Origin: Nemertoderma westbladi
Taxonomy: Eukaryota; Animalia; Xenacoelomorpha
Direction of reading: 5' to 3'
Assembly: GCA_032718475.1 (NCBI GenBank)
Contig: JAUCBJ010001981.1
Location: 1 to 64,000 of the forward strand
DNA length: 64,000 bases
Shown: positions 46,501-57,245 of the stretch, piece after piece
How positions within the stretch are numbered: the stretch's first letter is position 1
Layout of the letters: every line of letters begins with the position of its first letter
The notes under the pieces: model-generated
What the model was told of the DNA's origin: nothing
The model's input: only the letters and a program-made list of their open reading frames with translations
Database searches by the model: none
Program-made: the position numbers and the translations under genes

Positions 46501-49500
46501 TACCGTATCGGATTTACCGGTACCAAATCGTACCGTATCTGATTTACCGGTACCAAATCGTACCGTATCGGATTTACTGGTACCAAATCGTACTCAATCG
46601 GATTTACCGGTACCAAATCGTACCGTATCGGATTTACCGATACCAAATCGTACTCGATCGTATTTACCGGTACCAAATCGTACTCGATCTGTTTTTCCGT
46701 CACCAACTTCTTCTACTGGATTTCTTCTTCCGGGTCCGTTTCAGCCCCATTTGAGGAGTAACTCCTCTCGTCTCTTCGATATCTACCCGGACTGCAGCAA
46801 TCGATCCCCTACAGATATGTCGTTGCCTAGCTACGACCAATCACCTCCCCCAGTGTATACGCCCGCGGAGTTGCCTAACTCACCCGCCCCATCCTACACA
46901 TCGGATTGGTTGGAAATAAGTGAAAACCGTTCTAGAACAGCAACCGAACTCTCACAGTCCCTGCTGTGAGACTGAGAATACAGTAATAATTATTGGTTTA
47001 ATTATAAATTAGCTACTTTGAAATTAAATAGTAAAACTGTGCAATTCACTCAGATATTTTATTTATTTAGAGGAATTTAATATATTTTCAGTTATTTCCC
47101 GAGATTATAATGCGTGTCATACAACTGTATTTGATTGGCCCAGATACCAGACTTTCTGCTGTTATTTCACTTTGCATTTACCCCCATATGAAGAATACCA
47201 GGTTTTCACTAAAAACACAGGTTACAGAAGGGTTGAAACTAACCAAAACAACAAACGAATTAGTATATGTACAGGTCATAAGACAGAGATAAGCGCTATA
47301 AAACACTTCCAGTAAAGATAAATAAAAAAAATAAAAATTCTTCATAGATATAATTCCAATAGAATTTCGTCCGAAAAGTGAAAACCTGGTATTCATCACA
47401 TGGGCGATGTGATTGCTGAGAAGTTAACTTTCACTTTTCATTTTATTTATTCGCTTATCGTGTCGCCGTCACAGGACGTGGTTATGTTAATATTATTTTT
47501 TTATACTTCTTGTGCGACGAACACATGCGCAGAAAGTTTGTTAGTGCAATACACGGTCGTATATCACACTTAATCATAGTAGGCCTCGACATGCGCCCAG
47601 TGAAGAATACCAGGATTTGACTTTTCGGTTGACTTTTTATTGGAATTTTTTTTACATATGAAGATTTTTTATTTTTTTTTATTTATCTTTATCAAGTGTT
47701 TTATAGCGCTTGGTGGGATAAATATTTCTCCATTTGACGCAACACCGCCGCGGCCGCTATGAGGGAGGTGAATACCGCGGCCGCTCCTAAAGCCGCAGGC
47801 CATCGCTAACTATATAGGTTAACTTGGGATTCTGGGGGACTTTTCGATGAAGGAACTGACCAATTTTTTTTATTTTCGCACCAGGGGAGCGGCTCGGAAT
47901 TCTAAGATATTAGCAACTCTAACATTAATAAATCTAACCCTTCGACGGACACGGCGGACAAAAATCCGTCATTTTTTCGACAATTTTAAAATTTTTTTGA
48001 AAGGCGCTCTACAGTGGCTCGAAAAAACCCTAGGTTATTGCTTAGCCGACGCCGGGATACCATAGAAGGGATTAATTAGTGAATTCGTTTTTTTTTTCAA
48101 AAAAGATTACCACGCCTTTTTTGAAAAAACGGACAAAATGACTTTGCGGGATCCGCTATAACTCGGCTAATATTAATCGTACGGGGACAAAAGTAACGCG
48201 GTTGGAAAGGGGAAGAGTGGTACTACCTTCGTATCGAATGGGGGTAAGATATTTATTAAAATTTCGGGTGGAAAAAGGGGCTGTAAATTTGTACGTTTTT
48301 GTTCGTCTTTTTTGGAAAACTTATTTCCGAAATGTTTAATTCGACAACGCGGGTAGGAATCCACTAATTCTTTTATGAAACTCGTAGAAGACCATTGGGG
48401 CTACGTTCCTATCGAATGGGGGTACAAAAAATATGTCGGCAATAGGGGCCAAAAAGAGCCAGAATTTGTAAAGTAGTTCTTATCGAATAATTTTTTATTT
48501 TTAACTTTAGTTGGTTAAGGTACATTCTATACAGTCAATATCCATACGGGGAATTCAAATATGCTATATAAAATGCTTCAAATATGCTATACAAATATGC
48601 TTCAAACTTGCTTCGCGGGAAATCGTCTAGCTCAAAAACTACTTAACTTACGGGAGATTTGTTTACACAGACTTATAGTGCGTTAAATTATCTATCTAAC
48701 AGCGTTAATCACAGCGCCGGAGGTATTATAAAACTGGAGCGGCAGGCGATCGTGTGAAATATAATATTTATAAAAAGGGACGAAAAATTTTTTTTTTTAA
48801 CAAATCGCTATTCCATTACAATTTAGCGTATTGCGCCAAAAGTACCTGTAAAAAGTATCAAATTAACTCCGCTATCTTTTATCTTAACATATATAATTAA
48901 AATTACGAATTTTAAGGGTCGAAAAATATCGCGTTATTTTGGCCCTTTTTTTTAATTTTTTTGGGGCCAAAAATAACCCCTTCTCAAAAGATTAAGAAAA
49001 AAATTACGGCAAAGAATATACCAATTTTATTGAATTTGGACCACCAGAACCGAAGTTAGAGCGATTTTAGTTAAAAAATAAAAATAATTTTTTTTGCAAA
49101 TAAATTAAGAATGGTCAGGTCAATATTGGATTTCGAACCCGCGAACTTAGGTTTCATTAACGTGATTGATAACCACTAGACTATGTGACCAAGAGAATAT
49201 CAAATTTTCGAGTGACTATTTTTAAACATCAATAACTTCGGTTCTACAGGGCCGTTTAATCTGAAACTTTTTTCATTGGATAGAGGATAGTTGTAGTGTG
49301 TGAAATAGGATAAAACTTGGGAAAAGACTTATGTGCACTTAGTGCAAAATGCACTTAAATAGTGAACATTTTTTCGATATTTCAAACACTGTTATTTCCA
49401 GTTCTATTCATCGTAGAATATTATTTTTTGGATTAAAATGTAGTTTGGAATGATTTCTAACTATAATCGTAACATTAGTTTAACTTTTTATGTCTATAAA

Positions 49501-52500
49501 GTGACTTAAAAATGTCCATGAATATGGTCTAAAATCGCAAATCCAGATTTATTAAATTGGATTTTTGACACTTTTAGCGACTGACACTTGATCATACACC
49601 ATCGTAGATCGGTAGAGGATAAACATAAGTTTGTTAAATAAGAGCCACCATTACGATCTGATAAAGTGCACTTGTACAAATAAGTGTGCAAAAGTGCAAA
49701 TTTTTTAATAAGGTCAAATTATATAGTATTGGGTTCTTTTCTTTGCAGATACTTTATTTTCATATTAATATGTTGTTTGAACCTTACTGAGCGCATTAGG
49801 GGATATGCGTACAAATAACCGGCCCTTATGAGGCTTCGATTGGGTAAATTAATAAAACATAAGGTTGTATAGTATTAGTATATTATATATTATTATTATG
49901 TATAGTATATTCTAAAAACCAGTGTGATATTAAATGCACTTTAAATAATAAATATAAATCAAATAACAATTGGACCACACAATTAAAAACTCGCACAATT
50001 TTGTACTTATTATATCGCTTCAAATTAATTCAACAGTGGATATTTGTGGGAAGGGGGAAGTTACAGTGTGCATTCGGGGGAAGTTTGGTGAACTGCATTT
50101 ATGCAGTGAATCCAAACTTCCCCCTTTGATTTATCATATACTTAAGACATGCTAGGGTGACGGGGAAATATTTGTTACTGTCACACTTTGCTTCCATTTA
50201 TCCTATCCTTTATTATTACCCCAGTCAGATAAGAGATAATAAATCAGTAAAAACTAAACTAAACTGTCTTTCATGCAAACAAATTTCTAACTAAAGACGG
50301 GTGAATGACCATGACCATGGAAATAATTTTAAATATAATTGTATATCAACTATTTGGGGAGGCTTCCAAGTTAAACCCGAAAACAATTATTTTGTTACAT
50401 ATAATATAGTAAATAACGTTGTATGTTCTTCTTCCTCTCATAATAAAATATAAATGAAATATCTCAGATAGCTATGCCCTGTAACATTTCACAACCAAAA
50501 TATTTAAGTGTGAAAAGTGTAGGCCTACCACACTCCGCCCAAACAACCGCAAACGCATAGCCAACAAATTTAACAAAAGGTTACATACATGTTGGGTTCA
50601 TGACGAGATGAGTGAAAATTGATCGCGTAATATAAAGTAAAAAATTAAGAGACGGGCTGGCTCCCCTCCACTTTCTTACCCAATGGATATGTTGTTGTAA
50701 TAATCTAATATTGGGGCGGCTTTCTCTCGTTTCTGTCTTATAACCTGTACATATACTAATTCGTTTATTGTTTTGGTTAGATTCAGACCTTCCGAAACCT
50801 GTGTTTTTGATGAAAACCTGGTATTCTTCACATGGGGGTAACTGCAAAGTGAAATATAAAGGCAGAAAGTCTGGTATTCTTCACATAGGCCTCGACATGT
50901 GCGCTACAGTCTACTATTAGTTGTGTATACACAACAGTATTGCAGGTTTCCTTGATAGACAAGAGCCGTTATATTATAAACATTCTATATTTAGTAGAAC
51001 AATTCATTTTAGTAAATTTTTTTATATACTTTTAATACTTTATAATATTATTATTATTATTATTATTATTATCGTACATGAAACAATAACCTTACAATTA
51101 TTGCAGAGTACAGACCTAACTACAGAGACTCTAGCACAAAAAAAAGAATAATAATTAAAGTAAGTAGATTTAAAAAATTCCAAATGTATGCTGTCAAATA
51201 AATCTCAAATCGCACGAAAGAAAGAATAATGTTAGTTAATATGCCGCTATAAATTCCAACATTGAGCGCAAATCGTCGTAACAGAAGTCATTAACCACAA
51301 CAACATCACCAGATAAGATGTTACATAATTCAATACATGCATTAACTCTCATATGTAAAGTTACTCAAATAAACTCCTTATTCAGTCAGGGGTTTGTTTA
51401 CTGAAAATCTTCATTTTCATGGTTATATTTATTAGTACGCGTTCGCTTCGTTGTATATAAAGGAGCTCTTTATACACTGAAGTAGTGAGTGAGTGCTAAT
51501 AAAGCAACCGGAATGCCAACACTGTTAAGTATTTTGCAATAATGCGGCCTCAGTTAGTTGTAGGCAGGCATATTATGTTCATTCGTGGCTTTATTCTACT
51601 GTAAACTTTGCATTTTCTAATGACTGCAGATGAAAAGCTGATAAATAGGATAAAAGTAACTTTATTGTTTAATAACTGTGATATTTTCGATTTTATTCTA
51701 AGAATTGAGGTGCATTAATATATGTATTGAAGTAAAAATAACGGATTGAAGACCTAGAAGGTTTTAGTAGCAGGTATATTGATTAGCTCTGTTTGAGTTT
51801 ACTGTAGGCCTATGTGAAACAAACTGCCAGAGGTGTAGCGAGGGGGGGGGGATGTTCCCCCGGACGCACTCACCCGGGGGCGCTGAAATTGCCGGCAAAT
51901 ATCAGGGTATTCTTGTAAAAATATGACAAATCAGTGAAAATTCAGAGATTGTGATACAGTATACACAGGACATGTGTCATAAGCGAAAAATGTAAAAAAT
52001 TTCTCTACTCGCTTCGCTAGCCATTCAATATACAGTATTATAATTTCACTATATCAAACTTGTTGTTCGCGCTTTTAGACCTTTAGCAGTTTAACCTGCC
52101 AATTTTAGGTGTCTTTTTGTATATCAATTATTTAATGTACTGAAGGTACATCAGCCGAAGCCAGCCTGTGCGCGACCATTCACCCACAGTTAAGGGAGAC
52201 TGGATTCGGATGCTTTGATAGTGATTGCAGTGTAGACCTACTGTATTATTCGATTGATCGTTAATATATAATCTCTGACAATATATTTACTTTAGGGGAA
52301 ATATTAACAGTTCCTTTAGGACGTGGCGCTTTAAGTATAAAACAGAGTTATGACTTATACTAATCACAACGAGATGGCCACAGAGTTTCGTAAATAGCGC
52401 ATTCTTTAGGAGATGCTTTATTAACCTTCACACTACTCCACACGACTTCACACTACTGTGCACTGATCTGCCGACCGTCACTGAATTTGATCATATATAA

Positions 52501-55181
52501 GGAGGATCGCAACTGACACATGTAGGGATTATGAAATAGCATTCAATTCACACAAAAACCACTATAATGTAAGTCGCAGTTGCTACCGGTAAACCTGTTC
52601 CTCTAACCTTTAGTAATCAAGAAGATTGGGGTTTTATGATTATTCATCGGTATTCTCCAAATATATCAGCAATATAAACCAACATAACACCAATTAATAA
52701 CAGAATCAAATAATGCGGTGAACAGTCAGTATGTGTTACTTATGCAGTGTTCCATGTGCAGCAATGTTGACTTGCGGTGTGATGCGGTAGTTGAATCGCG
52801 TTGCGTAGTGCCGCGGTGTGGCGTTAATAGTTTTACGTTCTTGTAATCAAAGCCATCTGATGTTTCTGAGGTTTAGGTCAAAGTCTGAAACTTCCAAAGA
52901 AGTACAGAAGAATCCTAAGCCGGTGTTCTGGGCTTAGAAAAGATACACACTGACTGAATTGCGTGGGTTTCTGTAGGCACTGTCCAACACAAAGTGAAAA
53001 TCGCTCTGATTGGCTGAGCCGAACAAAGAACAAAGAGAGGTTCAGGTTCCACGTTGGCAGTAAATCAGCTGACAGATTGCGTCATCTGAGTCATCTTTTA
53101 GAGTATTAAGCGCATTGCGGAGAAAATGGCTTGTTATGTCCGCTACAGCACACATGCAGACATAGCGGGTAAAAATGGCTTGTTATGTCCGCTAAAACAC
53201 CTACACGGTATATTGCGGAGAAAAATGGCTTGTTATATCCGCAAAAGCTTTTACACTTGTGTATAATAGATTTGATATAGTCATTGTTTTTTTTTAGATG
53301 TTTTTTTTAAATATTATATTCTTTTATATAATATTAAAAAAAACCGCCATAAATGAAAAGTTAAAATTATTGAATGGGGGGGGGGGGGGGGGGGTATCTC
53401 AGCTTCATTCCCCTGGGCGCCAGAAGGGTTCGCTACGCCCCTGCAAACAGCTGCGGGTTTGAATAAAGCGAGTAGTAAAGGAAGCAACAATCAGCAAAGC
53501 TCCTAAATTTAGTGGGCCAGTAATTTCTTTTAGATAGAATCCCAGAAACAATAGGACTTGACCCTAACTGAAATTATGTCCTGTATCAGATGAAGCTAAT
53601 AAAAATACTAACTATAGTTCATGTCATGTTATAGGATTTAGTGGATTAATAGATAGACATTCCGAATCCAACAGTCCCAGACTCCAGCCACCATCGGACC
53701 GTCTCGTCGATTTATTGGCCTCTACGGGAAGTGCAGTCGAGGACCGAAATACCTTGAGTAGGGCGATGGAGATCGAGATAACATTGAGGTCATTGCGGGA
53801 GCAAGCTGAGAAGGTTGGTCAGTCTTATAAGCATTAGTTTTGTTCTAAATTCTGTATTGAACAAGTATTTATTAAATTCATTAAATTTATGAATTCTGTA
53901 AATAGTGCTGCCTTGCAACGTTATGAAGGTGTATAATAATATATAAACATAAAAACAATCAATTTAAATATATCGGTCTACTGTAGGTACAGTTGTAAGT
54001 CTATTTACTGCTGTATTTGGCTGATATATTTACTGTGTTTGGTGGTGGTGCAGTTTAACTGTTTGTTGTATAAGTTTTTAAATTTCCCGCGTTTATATTA
54101 CATTATAGATGTTTATCGTACTGTTGCACTGTAAAAAAAAAAAGTATTTATTAAATTGATGCTACAAAAACTAAATGGACTTAACGATAGATACGACAGT
54201 TTGGTGATGAGCACTGAAATATAAATTAAACTGAAACTGAAATCCAAAACTGAAATTACTTAATTGAAATTATTGAAATATTTTCATATTTTGAAACTGC
54301 AATTATTTTTCCATTTTGTTGTCAAATTCATTTCACAACATGAGTTATTTCGATTCAACAAAATTACTCCACCTACATTCGTACTAGGGGATCAATGAAA
54401 TGGTTATTATTTCAGTGTTCAGCACTTACTACAGTTAATTAAGTTAATATATAACGTGTCCAGAACTACTTACAGATACGGTACGCAAATTTCCAATTGG
54501 GGTCGCGTTTCAGCCTTCCCATAGGGTTAATGTTAAATTAATATTGAAAAATTTGTGCCTAGAAGTAAAAATTGTACTGTAAACTGTGTTCCTAAATTTA
54601 GTTTATTGTTGTGGTTAGAAAAGTCTGCCATTATGACCTGCTCCTTTCTTTAAAAAGGCTCCTTAAATGGTGAATGTCGAAATTAAATATTCGCGAAATT
54701 AAGTTAATGTGCTAAAATAGTCTGAAGCGACACCCCAATTGGTAATATGCCTACGGACTACAGTGTACTGCCCTTGGTCGGCGTTTCATGCTGCGCACTC
54801 TACATATTGAGCCCGCTTGTATACTAATAGCGGCACTGTAACCAGCAAGGTGTCGTCCATTATTACTATTCTCTCGGCCTCAGCTACTGTAGGGGGCTCT
54901 TTCAGTGTCTGTCTGCTACAAAAAGTAATACCTTCCAAACAATTCACTTATTATTACGTAATTCCTTCCAAAACTTATTATTTTCAAATAACCGTTTGTT
55001 AACCGTTTTTGTTTTTTAACTTTAAATACAAATTGGTAATCTAGTTTTGTAAAGTACAGTTAGTTAGTAATAAATATTAATAATCAATATAATTATTATT
55101 GGTACATTTTATTTTTAGGATAAAATATTTTTAGAAGAGGAAGGCCAATACTTGGATTCAATAAGAAGCGGCGGTCACTGA
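11092..55181 (+). CDS. FBF1: Fas-binding factor 1 homolog (centriole distal appendage / transition fibre coiled-coil protein), 18 coding exons, about 897 aa
   Basis: Exons: 11055(ATG 11092)-11179, 14478-14650, 19507-19637, 20581-20697, 23047-23118, 24769-24867, 24998-25184, 25668-25802, 26568-26761, 26854-27101, 36606-36756, 40929-41124, 41440-41591, 42788-43006, 43501-43652, 43882-44019, 53635-53813, 55119-55181. All are GT-AG with matching phases and give one open frame. The C-terminal half (ILEESYKRRE, MKRDHDSEIERLK, EQERWNLTQEQ, LLVEQ, LREQAEKDKIFLEEEGQYL) resembles vertebrate FBF1 as recalled. The start codon and 5' exons are less certain. Confidence 0.85.
11216..13886. mobile_element. 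piggyBac-like non-autonomous element, interrupted by a LINE
   Basis: Ends are TTAG|CCCTTTGCGTA and TACGCAAAGTG|TTAA. The palindrome GGCGGCAGTGTGCCGCC is repeated on both sides of the LINE, including a 44-bp x3 tandem at about 11295-11445. Confidence 0.7.
11560..13567 (+). mobile_element. 5'-truncated LINE (CR1/L2-group); uninterrupted RT ORF 11560-13233
   Basis: YRPISVLPYFSKILEK, FLDLSKAFDTV, GVPQGSILGPVLF, LFADD, FLGI and HNYNTR motifs. No APE endonuclease. 3' UTR ends in (TTA)n plus poly(A) at 13539-13567. Confidence 0.93.
14066..14336 (+). mobile_element. MITE, dispersed family (other copies at 47140-47406, 47594-50890 split; fragments at about 5925 and 19975)
   Basis: TIR GCCCAT.TGAAGAATACCAG / CTGGT.T..T..ACATGGGC. 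Shared core GATACTAATTCGTTTATTGTTTTGGTTAGATTCAG. Confidence 0.75.
15527..17525 (+). CDS. ECD: Ecdysoneless (ECD/SGT1 family) homolog, intronless, nested in an FBF1 intron, with a +1 frameshift at about 16698-16757
   Basis: YIWHSEPF.L, G.THFGDNVDDEWFIVYIL, DGDGYFLLVEAA..LP.W, NRVYL..G.LH, F.RFLFAQL, ELGVQLTFGF and YFRGQMEGS in 15527-16759. EYMASMDREL and VDVDMNLVSNLLES...GLPGPTSTLL in the second frame, which is open from 16698 to 17525. Confidence 0.88.
20698..22872 (+). repeat. 17-bp minisatellite (GTAAGTGTGAGCCACTA), about 128 copies
   Basis: The first unit is the donor of FBF1 exon 20581-20697. Confidence 0.97.
23676..24017. mobile_element. Inverted-repeat element (about 105-bp arms) with a tRNA-like head and hammerhead-like core; Penelope-like remnant
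   Basis: Arms 23676-23779 and 23910-24017. CTGAAGA...GAAACGTACGTA at 23900-23931. A/B-box-like motifs on the - strand at 23818-23735. Confidence 0.55.
26047..26316. mobile_element. Inverted-repeat element (81-bp arms); Penelope-like pseudo-LTR remnant
   Basis: Arms 26047-26127 and 26236-26316 are near-perfect reverse complements. A hammerhead core lies at the inner edge of the left arm. Confidence 0.6.
26115..26156 (-). ncRNA. Minimal hammerhead ribozyme motif
   Basis: On the - strand: ATATC-CTGAAGA-TGGTCCTAGTGGCA-GAAA-TTAA-TT-GATAAT. Catalytic core intact; stem I TATC/GATA; palindromic minimal stem III; imperfect stem II. Confidence 0.55.
27094..36365 (+). repeat. 19-bp minisatellite (GCTTACCG|GTAGGTGGATG) with a 26-bp variant, about 9.3 kb
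   Basis: Each unit is the last 8 nt of FBF1 exon 26854-27101 plus the donor GTAGGT. Interspersed GCCGTACC..TAGTTGCGAGG variant. Higher-order duplication of about 2.45 kb. Confidence 0.97.
36732..40806 (+). repeat. 53-bp minisatellite with a 43-bp deletion variant, about 80 copies
   Basis: Unit GGAATCTTACACAGGAACAAAATAG|GTTGGCAAACATACCACTGGGAATACAC is the last 25 nt of exon 36606-36756 plus 28 intronic nt. A 149-bp higher-order unit (53+53+43) is visible as ORF-track spacing 38881/39030/39179/39328/39477. Confidence 0.97.
41788..42695. mobile_element. piggyBac-like MITE
   Basis: TTAA|CACGTTAGTG ... CACTAAACGTG|TTAA. Internal repeated palindrome GCACCGGTGC. Confidence 0.7.
44729..46969 (+). 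CDS. Single-pass membrane protein with about 56 decapeptide repeats (VSDLPVPNRT) and C-terminal PY motifs, nested in an FBF1 intron
   Basis: ATG-initiated 746-aa ORF: hydrophobic segment (aa about 13-33), a basic stop-transfer run KRRRHRRR, unique sequence on both sides of the in-frame repeat, and LPSY/PPVY/APSY near the C-terminus. Confidence 0.7.
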   Translation: METLNHINVSEHLYPVLVCVSVTMVVFIGCVMCFKRRRHRRRVRRRSPVPPSEWCHFPTPSSGVTQIIDSALLPPLRTCSNPSIGEFLLVRSESDLPVPNRTVSDLPVPNRTVSDLPVPNRTVSDLPVPNRTVSDLPVPNRTVSDLPVPNRTVSDLPVPNRTGSDSPIPNRTVSDLPVPNRTVSDLPVPNRTVSDLPVPNRTGSDLPIPNRTGSDSPIPNRTVSDLPVPNRTRSDLLVPNRTVSDLPVPNRTRSDLLVPNRTGSDLPIPNRTVSDLPVPNRTRSDLLVPNRTVSDLLVPNRTVSDLPVPNRTVSDLPVPNRTVSDLPVPNRTVSDLPVPNRTVSDLPVPNRTVSDLPVPNRTVSDLPVPNRTVYDLPIPNRTVSDLPVPNRTVSDLLVPNRTVSDLPVPNRTVSDLLVPNRTVSDLPVPNRTVSDLPVPNRTVSDLPVPNRTVSDLPVPNRTRSDLPVPNRTGSDSPIPNRTVSDLPVPNHTGSDLPVPNRTVSDLPVPNRTVSDLPVPNRTVSDLPVPNRTVSDLPVPNRTVSDLPVPNCTVSDLPVPNRTVSDLPVANRTVSDLPVLNRTVSDLPVPNRTVSDLPVPNRTVSDLPVPNRTVSDLLVPNRTQSDLPVPNRTVSDLPIPNRTRSYLPVPNRTRSVFPSPTSSTGFLLPGPFQPHLRSNSSRLFDIYPDCSNRSPTDMSLPSYDQSPPPVYTPAELPNSPAPSYTSDWLEISENRSRTATELSQSLL
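45007..46690 (+). repeat. 30-bp coding minisatellite, about 56 copies
   Basis: Unit ATCGGATTTACCGGTACCAAATCGTACCGT, quasi-palindromic (GATTT..AAATC around TACCGGTA). Confidence 0.97.
47140..47406 (-). mobile_element. MITE copy (family of 14066-14336)
   Basis: Reverse-complement match to 14066-14336 including the TIRs. Confidence 0.7.
47594..50890 (+). mobile_element. MITE copy split by an approximately 3-kb non-coding insertion (about 47711-50727)
   Basis: The left part ends ...TATAGCGCTT (47710) and the consensus resumes at TTTCTGTCTTAT (about 50729). Flanked by TAGGCCTCGACATG at 47580-47593 and 50886-50899. Confidence 0.6.
51828..53443. mobile_element. hAT-type non-autonomous DNA transposon
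   Basis: TIRs CAGAGGTGTAGCGA / TCGCTACGCCCCTG. 8-bp TSD CAAACTGC / CAAACAGC (1 mismatch). Subterminal G tracts. Confidence 0.8.
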
Positions 55182-57245
55182 TTGGTTAATTATAATAAGG
55201 TGCTAAGTATCATTGGACGGACGTTGGAAATCACTAACTGTTCATAATAGTTATATAATTTTATTTCGGAATTTACTGTGATGTGTTTGTAGATTATATA
55301 ATTATATGTTAATAATGTAACAAAATATATTTATTGAACTTTTTGCAACAATTTATGTGAGGTATTTTTAGTTTCTAGGTGCGTTCAGTTTTATATCATA
55401 TTGTATATTAAATAAATATTTTAAATGTAAAGGGATGCCTTTCTCTCCAGAGTATAAATAATATATTATCAATTATAAAACAAAAATAATAAATAATAAG
55501 TCAGTCACAGTGGCTGATTTAGGGGGGGGGGGGGGGGCATTGAGTCATGCCCCCCCCCCCTCCTCACAGCAAGGGCGTAACCACGGCACAGGGGGGTGGG
55601 GGGGGGGGGGGGGGGGGCACGTCCCCCCTGTTCAACTTTCAAGGTAGAGGGCGACGCTATATAATATGCCCACAGCACTTTTAAAAATCTATCAATCCAA
55701 ATTTAACTACAAACAATAAATAATTTAACTGAATGTATTTTATTGGTGGTAGACAGACAAGGATTCCCGCTTCGACGTGGAATACGACAAGGCGGAGTCC
55801 TTTCCGCGTGTCTGTTCAAATTTTTTACATTGCTGGACTTTTCCAAACCCTAGATGATCAATGACTAGGGCTGTGTATTGGAAGAGAATCCTACCCGGCA
55901 CTCGGATACGCAGATGATATTCTGCTGTTAGCAAATTTAGAATCTGATATCACAAAAATCATCAATACGTATGCATAACATAATTCAACACGTTCGTGGG
56001 GCCTTCGCGCAGCACGAGGCTCAGTTATGAGATACAAATTAAAATTGAGCAATTCTAACACAAAATCTGTATTTAAAAAATTAACCAAACCGCAAATAAA
56101 TCATAAGAGGGGAAAGTTGCTCGCTTTCAACCCCCTCCCCCCTTAATCTGCACCCCAACCCAAAGACACGCACAGAGGATTGTTCACAGGCAGGTATTAA
56201 CAGAAAATTTGTGTTTTAAAAGTAATAGGCGTGGAGGCGACCCAATTTATAAGAAATATTATAATTTACCTCATGACGTTTTAGTATTGATACTGAAATA
56301 TTAATTTACCATGTCGATGTCACAACAAAATTATTTAGCTATTTTTATTCTAAAGAATCTCCATTAAATACTCAGCCAAACAGTGTGCGAGATAAACAAT
56401 AAGCAAGCTGTCTTATTACTCTAGGGCCTACAGTGACACTATTGCATATCCTATAGAATTACACCTTGCTGGAAAAGTGGTGAGGTGGAACTGGTCGGAC
56501 TGATTGCTAGCCCGGCAAACACACCGGACATGTTCTAGCACATATCTGATGTTTCAGCTAAATCAGTGATTTTTTGCCCTCTAGCGGCAGACTAGAGAAC
56601 TGCAGACAGATGAGCCTCCTTTGAATGACACAGTTCATGGTCTAGTACAAATATGCCAAGTTTAGCTAGAACGGGTTTAAAGCAAAGAAAATGGGAGGAT
56701 ATTTAATATCTAGACATGTAGCCCTCTAGCGAGAGACTGAGGATTTGATGGTGTCTGGAAGTCCCGAAAAAACAAAACTGATGGTCTTATTGATGCCTAC
56801 TAATTTTAGACTCGAAAGCTTTAAATCCGACGAAATAAGTAAGTCAAAATCGTAGCGACGATGATGACATACAGTACCATTATTGAATGAACTACTGTAT
56901 TTGTCATAATTTACCTACCCCCCTAAGAGATAGCGTCAGTTCGCAAAGGCTCCGCCAACTTCCTGGCTCGGACCATATACCCCATATGCTATAAAATGTA
57001 TTCGATCGATATACAATTATATATGAATCCGCTAGGTGGTGTCAAATTATTATTCTGCAATTTCGTACTTGTACAGTACAGCAGTACCGTACCGGTAGGC
57101 CTGTGTCATTACTTCAGAGTCTTTAGCCGATCCCCAATTAAATGTCTTAACTTTTCAATTTCGTAGAAGATGGACTATGATTCTCTACAAGAAACCAAAA
57201 TTTCAGCTCTGGAAAATGAGGCGTTCCCGAGAAATGTTACATTTT

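Noticed and set aside
44919-46706. 595-aa (-) and 500-aa (+) alternative-frame ORFs
   Set aside because: By-products of a 30-bp unit lacking stops; only the 44729-46969 frame has meaningful unique flanks.
55508-55630. Poly-G/poly-C tracts as functional G4 elements
   Set aside because: They resemble subterminal tracts of hAT-type MITE ends; partner ends were not found and homopolymer lengths are unreliable.
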